Assembly: GCA_016928955.1 (NCBI GenBank)
Contig: JAFGJV010000055.1
Location: 1-37,100 of the forward strand
DNA length: 37,100 nucleotides
Source of the DNA: Spirochaetales bacterium
Lineage (GTDB): Bacteria > Spirochaetota > Spirochaetia > Treponematales > UBA12059
Reading direction: 5' to 3'
The position numbers were made by a program, and so were the translations under genes. The notes beneath the pieces are model-generated. The model was not told the DNA's origin. It worked only from the letters and a program-made list of their open reading frames with translations, and searched no databases. Positions 18,201 to 25,199 of the stretch are shown in pieces (positions within the stretch are counted from its first letter, which is position 1; the number at the start of each line of letters is the position of its first letter).

Positions 18201-18832
18201 TCGCTTTCCGCAAGGGGAACGGCCACTGGCGAGCCTACCGCCCCCCGTGGCTGCGGGGACGCGCCCAGCACGGTCCTGATGGCGGCGACGGCGTCCAGCT
18301 CGAAGTAGAACCGGCCGTCCGCCCTCCTCTTGTCGCGGATCTCCAACCTGAGGATGTGCGGGCCTTGGGTGAGCGTGGCCGTGGTGATGGCCGCCCAGCG
18401 CCGGTTGGGCTCGTCGCCGGAGGCATGCACCTGGGAACCTTCCCAGGTCAGGAGGAAGGGCGCGCCGCCGTCAAGGCTGGCCCACACGGGGGCGTAGTAG
18501 CCGGGAACGTCCGTCCTGGACGAAGCGGGCGGGCTGCCCGCGTACCAGAGGGTGTATTCGCCCGCCGCCGGCACCTGAAGGTACAGTTCCGCAAAGTAGT
18601 CGGCGCCGCCATAGGCTTTGTCCGACGCGTCCAGCACCAGGGCCCTGTTGCCGGACGCCCTGTAACGTATGACAGGCTCGCGGGCAAAATTGGTGGCCAG
18701 GGCGTTCTCGCCCTCCGCGTACACCGACGTGGATTCGGGGTAGGGCAGTTCAGCGGCTATGCCGGCCTGGGCCTGGGCCCGGCCGGACACCATGCCGAAC
18801 AGCACGAGGGCAACAAGGAAACTCTGGCGCAT
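15236..18832 (-). CDS. Secreted CBM-like + TPR + C-terminal beta-rich protein (putative PelB-analogous export scaffold)
   Basis: Start re-set to MRQSFLVALVLFG (AGGAG upstream), Sec signal ending AQA. N-terminal jelly-roll pattern (YAEGE...GEYTLW...LTQGPHILRL...ELDAV), many TPR-like helices, and about 300 C-terminal residues of alternating hydrophobic beta strands. Confidence 0.7.
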   Translation of the reverse strand: MRQSFLVALVLFGMVSGRAQAQAGIAAELPYPESTSVYAEGENALATNFAREPVIRYRASGNRALVLDASDKAYGGADYFAELYLQVPAAGEYTLWYAGSPPASSRTDVPGYYAPVWASLDGGAPFLLTWEGSQVHASGDEPNRRWAAITTATLTQGPHILRLEIRDKRRADGRFYFELDAVAAIRTVLGASPQPRGAVGSPVAVPLAESEYERLIRANPGDRDAHAALLETAFALGDYSSAARHAQRASDLFPDSARFLKALARARLGLDDVTGGLMAWERGLALDPDNLAGWQEAAKTAAWRSDYARSIALYRTALAFFPDDPTLTVDYGLALIWSGQGDQGERVLKEAERLALAEPRRALDLAASFVVSGYPDRAAALLAAAVKAHPAQAALRYALAAALERSGDQAGADAVLSKARKDYEPGADYLDYASREEAVIKAPRAYLDTLAADAAARPDDIGLRNLRVQALFWHGRRAEAIAAFEGLLAARAYDVIAAADRASPDLADFQAELMALRLWADDARQQLPERGRRLKAAVDAAEAAAARLAKEPDREELKVEAERSAQAMDDALVAETAALRWDQALADRAAALALTLDQLRQADKPLADAFELERSASGWTLDRQVWLDDLASALKAGDPVAWFVRTRLPGPVPSRTELGLAYAALAQPDSPSLRFGALKAALALDRRQEALSLADALAPGGSEGMRLLAGVLRPASEGLPSGASAFSGAPLALAAIDALLEALPSTIKSLDVLARDALALGDARDQRLFREVERDLVSLRRELGSFHLADGRLERASAQFRTALQSDPGDAAAVFALANLRQRAGDWVEAMRLYRRVYELDPSYANVQGFHNALARSNADSLAATATGYVDPLVSVFDAGSSWSLGLASSLELTLALSGRDVRRYTARSFLVDDGMGGTVTVTEDPSSASWMDAGARLRLGLPSSPVKVAAELGATIVDRRGSAGYPVSGEGILDALSGRDVYPRADIRLVLGSDGSSLSAGASLRLMDESLVPGRPLMYRASADASVTLPFMDFSYARLYGRLDDVILEGLAEDPRLIATGLGELALGFHLDDSPWTNLLAAAELSFEHAFDHEPRLYYAPDQALNARLALTLLSWPGLSGGGVLGFIGRVAGGIYADADEFYPLVQADLRLEWTRRDATFGGRAFLTQAFPSSGDAYWTLGFELSGTVPVTDLIAP

Positions 18833-18897
18833 GGCTTGCTCCTGGCTTGCTGGCTCCGGCCCCGAGGAACGCGGGCCGGGTCCTAAAAAAACATCCT

Positions 18898-19034
18898 GGG
18901 CTCTTTCAAAAGTCGGACGAGTTTTGAAAGAGCTACATAGTGAGACGCGATGTGCGTGGCGATTGCGAAACATGCAAACAACCGCGAGCAATCGCAAAGC
19001 CAATTTCAGAAGCAACAGACTTTTATAGGTCCCC
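18898..19034. repeat. Palindromic MITE/REP-like element in the divergent promoter region
   Basis: Perfect 12-bp IR GCTCTTTCAAAA/TTTTGAAAGAGC (18900-18933) and GCGATTGC/GCAATCGC IR (18959-18995). Right end GACTTTTATAGGTCCCC resembles the right end of the 5997-6105 element. Confidence 0.45.
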
Positions 19035-19205
19035 TTTTGAAATCGGCTCACCTGTTAGAAAAATCATCAATTTCCGACAAAAACGCAAGGCAATTCGGAA
19101 CGGGCCCGCCGGCAGCGTCCAGACGACTATGGGCAAAGACCGGCCCGTATATGCCGATATACCTAACAGGATGCTGGCATCCTGCAAGGGAGCAAGGCGG
19201 GTCGG

Positions 19206-20591
19206 GTGGGTGTTCGCAGGCTGAAAAACCGTATCGTTCCTCTGGAAATGCTGGCGGTGCTGGCGGCCTTGGTGGCGTGGAATGTCCTGTCTGGCGACCA
19301 ACCAGGCTTTCCGCGCCTGGCCTTTGTGCCGTACTGGCTGCCGGCAGTGGTGTTCGCGTCGTTTTACGGCCCGGTGGCCGGTCTTGCCGCGCTGGCCCTG
19401 GGCGTGGGGGCCCTGCCCGTGGCCGCGGCGTTCATGCCCGGCAGCCGGGTGCCCTGGGCCGAGTTGGCCGGGCCCCAGTCCGCCCTGGTCCTTCTGGCCG
19501 TGGGAGCCATAGGCTTTGGGCGTTCCGGGTCCAAGGCAGCCATCGCGTCGCTCCGCGCGCGCTACCGCGAGCTGTACAAAAAAGGCGTACGCCTGTCCAA
19601 AACCCTGGACGCCCTGCGCGTGGTCAACGGCTACTACGAACGGGAGCTCCTGTCCGCCAGGGATTCCCTGCCCCTGATCCACGAGCACCTGCGTTCCCTG
19701 GATACGCGCTCGGTTGAGGGTGTGGCCGGGGGCATACTGACCCTGCTGGAACGCTTTGCCGGCGTGCGCTCTGCCGCCCTGTACCGGGCGGATTCCGCGG
19801 ACGGAACGCTGCAGCTGGTGCTTGGCGCGGGCGACGGCCAGGCCCCCGCTCAGCGGCCGCTGGAGGGTTGCGTGGAAGGCTGGGTTCACCGCAATGGCTC
19901 GCGTTTTACCATACGGCAGGTGCTGGACGACCCGTACCTGGCGTCCATGGATGACGGCGGCGTGATCATGGCCTTTCCCCTGGCCCCGTCCGGGGAGCCC
20001 TGGGGCGTGCTGACCGTGCGCGACTTGCCCTTTGTGGCCTATACCGAGAGCACCGAACGGGCCATAGAGGCCATGCTCGAGCTGGCCAGGCCCTATCTGG
20101 ACCGGGCCGTGCGCTACGAGCGCCTGACCAAGGACGCCGAATTCGACCAAGGCGCCGGCGTGCCGTCCTACGCCCAGTTCATGGCCATGGTGGACGAGGC
20201 CTTTGGGCGCGGTACCGGCTCCCCGTTCTCCGTGGTAATATGCCAGATCGACAACCTTGCGGCCATCGTCGCGGAAGCCGGACCGGACTCGGGGCGGCGC
20301 ATAGCGGACGCCGTGTCCAGGGCCTTCAGCGCGTCTGCCGACACCCCGATGATGGCCTGCCAGTACAAGCGCGGCGACCAGCTGGGCCTGTTTGTGGGCG
20401 GTCTGGACGAGGACGGGGTGTCCCGCCTGAGCCTGGAAGCCCTGGGCACCCTGCAGATGTCGCCCCCGGACATAGGCGGACAGGCACGGCGCCTGGATCT
20501 GCGCGTGGGCTTTGCGTCCAGGAGGAGAGCGGACGCGGGCGTGGACGAGATCATAGGCAGGGCCGAGCTCCTGATAGAATTGCAGGGCTGA
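19206..20591 (+). CDS. pelD: PelD-like protein (TM + GAF + degenerate GGDEF)
   Basis: N-terminal TMs with PYWLPAVVFASFYG, a coiled segment, a GAF-like region (WGVLTVRDLPF) and a C-terminal GGDEF fold with RGDQL. First gene before pelE/F/G-like genes. Start uncertain (GTG 19206 or ATG 19248). Confidence 0.75.
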   Translation: MGVRRLKNRIVPLEMLAVLAALVAWNVLSGDQPGFPRLAFVPYWLPAVVFASFYGPVAGLAALALGVGALPVAAAFMPGSRVPWAELAGPQSALVLLAVGAIGFGRSGSKAAIASLRARYRELYKKGVRLSKTLDALRVVNGYYERELLSARDSLPLIHEHLRSLDTRSVEGVAGGILTLLERFAGVRSAALYRADSADGTLQLVLGAGDGQAPAQRPLEGCVEGWVHRNGSRFTIRQVLDDPYLASMDDGGVIMAFPLAPSGEPWGVLTVRDLPFVAYTESTERAIEAMLELARPYLDRAVRYERLTKDAEFDQGAGVPSYAQFMAMVDEAFGRGTGSPFSVVICQIDNLAAIVAEAGPDSGRRIADAVSRAFSASADTPMMACQYKRGDQLGLFVGGLDEDGVSRLSLEALGTLQMSPPDIGGQARRLDLRVGFASRRRADAGVDEIIGRAELLIELQG

Positions 20592-20592
20592 C

Positions 20593-21327
20593 ATGGGAGA
20601 ATGGCGACGCGCTCCCGACGGCTACGAACGTTTCAGGAACCCGGGCGTGTACCGGACGGCCCGCACCCCGGACGCTGCCATCCACGGCATGCTGGCCGGG
20701 TCCTTGGACGCGGCCGCCCTGTACGAGGCCGCCGGCAGGGTGAAGCCCCTGGTGTCCGAACCCCAGGATCCCGCCGACCTGGACCGGGCCCTGGCGCGGT
20801 GGAAACCGCTGGCCGAGGGCGGCTTGGCCCTGGGCGAGGCGTTCCGAGCCCGGCTCCATTCCCGGGACCAGGAAAGCGCCCTCCACGCCGCCGAGAGCCT
20901 GTCCATTATGGAAGTACGTCACGCGCGTGCCATAGAGTCAGCCCGCAAGAAAGGCGACAGCTACCTGGTGGCCAGACTGTACGCCGAGCTGGCCGAGCTG
21001 GCCGGCAAGGGCTCTCTCAGGGCTTTTTACTACCGGGAGGCGTTCCGTGCCCTTGAGGAACTGGCGCGCGCCGGAGCCCTCAAACGCAAACACGTCAGCC
21101 TGGCCCTGTCCATCCACCTGGCCCTGGGCAGGCTCAGGGAGGCATCCGCCCTTCTGGACCGCGTCCTTCTGGCCCGCCCGGACGATCCCGAATTCCTGGA
21201 GCTTCTAGCTGATCTCCGTTTCAGGCTGCGCGACTACGCGGGCCTCCGCTGGGCCGTGCGCCGCCTACAGGCCACGGGGCACCTGGGCATGGGCCCCTTT
21301 GCCGCCGCGTCGTCAAGGTGGCTGTGA
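20593..21327 (+). CDS. pelE: PelE-like TPR/HEAT protein
   Basis: Position between pelD and pelF; LHSRDQESALHAAESLS HEAT-like segment followed by TPR-like helices. No clear TM helix. Confidence 0.55.
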   Translation: MGEWRRAPDGYERFRNPGVYRTARTPDAAIHGMLAGSLDAAALYEAAGRVKPLVSEPQDPADLDRALARWKPLAEGGLALGEAFRARLHSRDQESALHAAESLSIMEVRHARAIESARKKGDSYLVARLYAELAELAGKGSLRAFYYREAFRALEELARAGALKRKHVSLALSIHLALGRLREASALLDRVLLARPDDPEFLELLADLRFRLRDYAGLRWAVRRLQATGHLGMGPFAAASSRWL

Positions 21328-22730
21328 TGGGCGCGGCGGGGGCCAGGCGCGTGTGCGTCATATCCGAGGGTTCCTATCCGTACATCACCGGGGGCGTCAG
21401 TTCCTGGGTGCATGACCTCATAGGCAATCTGGGCGACTATCACTACGCCGTGTTCAGTTTGTCGCCCGAGGCCGGGCAGACGCCCCGGTATACCTTCCCG
21501 GCCAACGTGGTCGAGCATCGGGACGCGGTCATATCGCGGGCGCCCAGGGGCGGCGGCGGTACGGCGGCCAAGGCGGCCGTTGCCTTTCTGCGTTTCCTGA
21601 ACTCGGGCCAGGGCGAGGCCGTGGACAGCTTTGGCTGCCTGGTCCGCGCCCTGGACGAACGGCCGGTGGGCATGGACGAGCTGTTGTCCGACCAGCGGCT
21701 GTGGAAATTCGTGTGCGCGTCGCACCAGACCCTGAATCCCCTGTATCCCTTCAGCGATTTTTTCTGGGCCTGGAAGGCCGTATACAGCATGATGCTGGCC
21801 GCCATCACGGCGCCCCCGCCCGCGGCCGACCTGTACCAGTGCCTGTCCACGGGTTTTGCCGGCCTGGCGGGGCTCGCGGCCAAGGTGCGCACAGGGTCGC
21901 CCCTCCTCTTGTCCGAGCACGGTCTCTACCATAAAGAGCGCGAGATGGAGATACGCAAGGCCGACTTTGTGCGCGGCTACCAGCGCGACCTGTGGATAGA
22001 CGCGTACGCCCGTTTTGCCAGGCTGTGCTACGCGGGGGCAGACGCCCTCACGTCGCTCTTTGAGACCAACAGGCGGGAACAGCTCGCCCTGGGAGGCCGC
22101 GCCGACCGGGCCCTGGTCACGCCCAACGGCATAGACATCCAGCGTTTCAGCGTGGAGCGCCAGGAGCATGAGGGTTTTGCCGTGGGCCTGGTGGGCAGGG
22201 TAGTGCCCATCAAGGACGTGAAGACCTTCATAGCGGCCGCCCGCATCATAGCGGACGCCGATAGCCGGGCCCGCTTCTACTGCATTGGGCCCACCGACGA
22301 GGACCAGGCATACTACGACGAGTGCGTGAAGCTACGCGACAGCCTTGGCCTGGCCGACACGCTGGAATTTACCGGTCCCGCCGACGTACGCGCGTGGTAC
22401 GCCCGCCTGGATCTCCTCATGTTGACCAGCGTGCGCGAGGCCCAGCCGCTGGTCATCCTAGAGGCATACGCGGCGGGCGTGCCCGTGGTGTCCACGGCCG
22501 TGGGCAACGTGCCCGAGCTCCTGGACTACGACAGCCGCTTTCTGGCCAGTCCTCGGGATCCCGAGGCCCTGGCCGCTGGAGCCCTGTACGCTGCTGCCCA
22601 TCCGCAGGACATGGCCGCCGTGATAGACGCCAACAAGCGCCGCGTGCGCGCCCATTACGACAAGCGCGGCCTGCACGAGCGTTACCGGACCATATACGCT
22701 TCCCTCCTGGAGGGCGCATGGCGGGCATAG
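21327..22730 (+). CDS. pelF: GT4 glycosyltransferase PelF
   Basis: EGSYPYITGGVSSW (DUF3492 signature), SEHGLYHKER, GRVVPIKDVKTF and EAQPLVILE (EX7E). TGATG coupling to the upstream gene. Confidence 0.93.
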   Translation: MGAAGARRVCVISEGSYPYITGGVSSWVHDLIGNLGDYHYAVFSLSPEAGQTPRYTFPANVVEHRDAVISRAPRGGGGTAAKAAVAFLRFLNSGQGEAVDSFGCLVRALDERPVGMDELLSDQRLWKFVCASHQTLNPLYPFSDFFWAWKAVYSMMLAAITAPPPAADLYQCLSTGFAGLAGLAAKVRTGSPLLLSEHGLYHKEREMEIRKADFVRGYQRDLWIDAYARFARLCYAGADALTSLFETNRREQLALGGRADRALVTPNGIDIQRFSVERQEHEGFAVGLVGRVVPIKDVKTFIAAARIIADADSRARFYCIGPTDEDQAYYDECVKLRDSLGLADTLEFTGPADVRAWYARLDLLMLTSVREAQPLVILEAYAAGVPVVSTAVGNVPELLDYDSRFLASPRDPEALAAGALYAAAHPQDMAAVIDANKRRVRAHYDKRGLHERYRTIYASLLEGAWRA

Positions 22731-24079
22731 GCTTCACGCTCAAGCGGGTCATATCCCGGGGAGACCTCACGTCCTTCACCGCCGGCAGCCTGTCCGGCGT
22801 GCTGGTTGTGGCCGGCCCGTCCCTCTTGTCCATGGCGACCATATGGCTGGTGATGGGGCCTTTGGGAGCGGCCAGGCCGGAGGCGGCCGCGCCCTTTACC
22901 GCCCTGCTCATATACACCTTGGCCCTGTCCACCATCCTCTCGGGCGGCATACAGTACTCGTTCACGCGTTTTGTTGCGGACCGCATCCACGAGCGGGCCG
23001 AGCCGGTGGCCGTGGGCGCCCTGCTCAGGCTCCTTGCCTGGCTGGCCCCCTCAGCATGCGCCGCCGGCGCGCTGTTTTCCTTAATTGGCCGGGTGTTGCC
23101 CGGGAACCAGGCCCTGGCCGCCGCCGTGTCCGGCCTTCTGTCCGGGGCAGTCACCTGCATGTGGGTGCTGGTGCTGTTCTCAAGCCTTCTCCACAAGCAC
23201 GCTCGCATCCTGCTCGTGTACGGCTTAGGCATGGCCGCCGCGGCCGGCCTTTCCTGGCTTGGCAGGGATATGGGGCCGGCCGGGCTGGCCCTGGGCTTTG
23301 GGCTTGGGTACCTGGTCCTGTGCGCGGGCCTCCTGATCCTGATCCTGGCAGAGTTCAAGCCACAAGCTCCGCCCCGGGGTTCGGCCGTTGTGGCCATGGC
23401 CAGGCGCTATCCCGCCCTGTGCGCCTACGGCTTTACGTACTACGCGGCAACCTGGGCAGACAAATTCGCGGCCTGGCTGGTCTTGGGCGACGCTCCCCTG
23501 GGCACCAGACTGCTTCTCCACCAACCGACCGATTCCGTGGCCTATCTGGCCGGCCTCACTATCGTTCCCGGCCTGGCGTTTTTTGTCATAGCCAGCGAGA
23601 CCTCGTACTTTGCCGCGCTCAGGCGTTTCCTCAAGGCCCTGTCCGGCAGGCCGTACCTCGATATACAGCGCACGCTCGCCGATCTTGCGGCCAGGGGGCG
23701 GGAAGCCCTGGCCGCTCTGGCCCTTTTCCAGGCCCTGGTAACGGCCGCCGCCCTCCTTGCCGCCCCCGCCCTGGCCCTGGAGCCGGGCCGCATGCGCGGC
23801 TTTGCCGTTTATACCCTGGGCGCTTTTTTCCAGCTCATGGCCGTGGCCGCCCAGAATTTCCTCTTTTACGTGGAGGCGTACGGAAAGGCCCTCTCTGGCG
23901 CCGCCGTGTTTCTGGTGGTCAACGCGGCGCTCAGCACGGCCCTGGCCCTGGCGGCCCCCGGCCTGGGACCTGGCTGGGGCTTTCTGGCCGGGGCGTTGGC
24001 GTCTGCCGTGCTGTCCCTGTTCCTGGCCCTGCGTTCGTTGCGCTGTCTGGACAGGCTGTTGTATACTTCCAGCAACTGA
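22718..24079 (+). CDS. pelG: Exopolysaccharide Pel transporter PelG
   Basis: Diagnostic MAGIGF.LKR N-terminus, TRFVADRI, WADKF and ET.YF motifs, about 12 TMs. True start is ATG 22718 after GGAGG. Confidence 0.92.
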   Translation: MAGIGFTLKRVISRGDLTSFTAGSLSGVLVVAGPSLLSMATIWLVMGPLGAARPEAAAPFTALLIYTLALSTILSGGIQYSFTRFVADRIHERAEPVAVGALLRLLAWLAPSACAAGALFSLIGRVLPGNQALAAAVSGLLSGAVTCMWVLVLFSSLLHKHARILLVYGLGMAAAAGLSWLGRDMGPAGLALGFGLGYLVLCAGLLILILAEFKPQAPPRGSAVVAMARRYPALCAYGFTYYAATWADKFAAWLVLGDAPLGTRLLLHQPTDSVAYLAGLTIVPGLAFFVIASETSYFAALRRFLKALSGRPYLDIQRTLADLAARGREALAALALFQALVTAAALLAAPALALEPGRMRGFAVYTLGAFFQLMAVAAQNFLFYVEAYGKALSGAAVFLVVNAALSTALALAAPGLGPGWGFLAGALASAVLSLFLALRSLRCLDRLLYTSSN

Positions 24080-24146
24080 AAAAAGCCGTGCGGCTTCCCT
24101 CTCCGGCCGCCCCTGGTCGCCCCAAGCCTGTGTCGTAGGAGCATCC

Positions 24147-25013
24147 GTGAGCATGCAGGACCCCGTCAGCCTGGTGTCGTCCGTACCCGTACTGCCGGCC
24201 GCCGCCTTCAAGGCGCTCGAGCTTTTGGACCCTGACTCCAAGGCCAGCTTCAAGGACCTGGAAGACGCGGTCAAGCTGGACTCTGCGCTGACCGCCCGCT
24301 TTCTCCGCGTGGCCAACTCGGCCATGTACGCGCGGCGCGGCAAGGTGGAAAGCCTGGGTACAGCCATATCGCTCTTGGGCTTTTCCATGGCGCGGAACCT
24401 GGTGCTCCTGGTGGCCACCTCGTCCAGCTTTGACCCGGAATCATCGGACCCCTTCTTTCCCGGTTTCTGGCGTGCCACCCTCAGGGCGGCGTTCTACGCC
24501 AGGTACCTGGCCGACGAGCTGTCCGCAAAGGACCAGGCGGACAGGGCCTTTACCGCCGGCATACTCCACTACATGGGCCTGGTTGGTTTACATCGGGCGG
24601 ACGGAACGGCCTTGGCCGGCGCCCTTGCCCAGGCCGGTGAGGACCTGGAACGGCTCCTTGCCCTGGAAACCCAGACCTTTGGTACCGACCACCGGGCCGT
24701 GGGCGCCGCTTTGCTGGCTTCCTGGGGCCTACCAGAGCCCTACGTGGACGTGGCCGCCGAGTACGGGTCGGCCCGGGTGACGTCCAGGCACAAGCGCCTG
24801 ATCCTCCTCTTCTCCCTGGCCGAGGCCCTGGCCAGGCGCTCGTCCCTGGAGCCCCTGCCGCCTGAGTGCGCCGAGCTTGCCCGCGCCATGGACGTGGACG
24901 CGGCGCGCCTGCCTGTCTTAAAGGAAACCCTGGAAGCCCGCTTGGGACTGGATCCCTTTGCCGGCGAGTGCGGTCTCATGCTGTGCGCCGGAGCCAGGCT
25001 GGTCAGCGCCTGA
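24147..25013 (+). CDS. HDOD domain protein
   Basis: VPVLPAAA, DSALTARFLRVANSAMY, AISLLG, AFTAGILHYMG and DHRAVGAALLASWGLP. Start GTG 24147 or ATG 24153 after AGGAG. Confidence 0.88.
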   Translation: MSMQDPVSLVSSVPVLPAAAFKALELLDPDSKASFKDLEDAVKLDSALTARFLRVANSAMYARRGKVESLGTAISLLGFSMARNLVLLVATSSSFDPESSDPFFPGFWRATLRAAFYARYLADELSAKDQADRAFTAGILHYMGLVGLHRADGTALAGALAQAGEDLERLLALETQTFGTDHRAVGAALLASWGLPEPYVDVAAEYGSARVTSRHKRLILLFSLAEALARRSSLEPLPPECAELARAMDVDAARLPVLKETLEARLGLDPFAGECGLMLCAGARLVSA

Positions 25014-25075
25014 ACCACAGGCATCGCCCACAATTCGACAAAAAGCGCGAAACCAGAAAAAAACGTCGAGGCATG

Positions 25076-25104
25076 TTGACATTCTTTGCATGAAGCGCTA
25101 CATT
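25076..25104 (+). promoter_or_regulatory. Sigma70-type promoter of lipoprotein gene
   Basis: TTGACA-17 nt-TACATT. Confidence 0.65.
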
Positions 25105-25199
25105 CATGATCGGAATACCTTCTGTATGTCACCCCAGTTGTCGTTGATGTCCCGGGCCGCATGGTCGGCGCCAGGAAATTCGCCCGAGCGCGAGGTGGG

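Noticed and set aside
18970..19010. c-di-GMP-I riboswitch upstream of pelD (GCAAAC...CGCAAAGCC resemblance)
   Set aside because: No GNRA-capped P2 stem and no P3 stem or tetraloop receptor follows; the resemblance is superficial.
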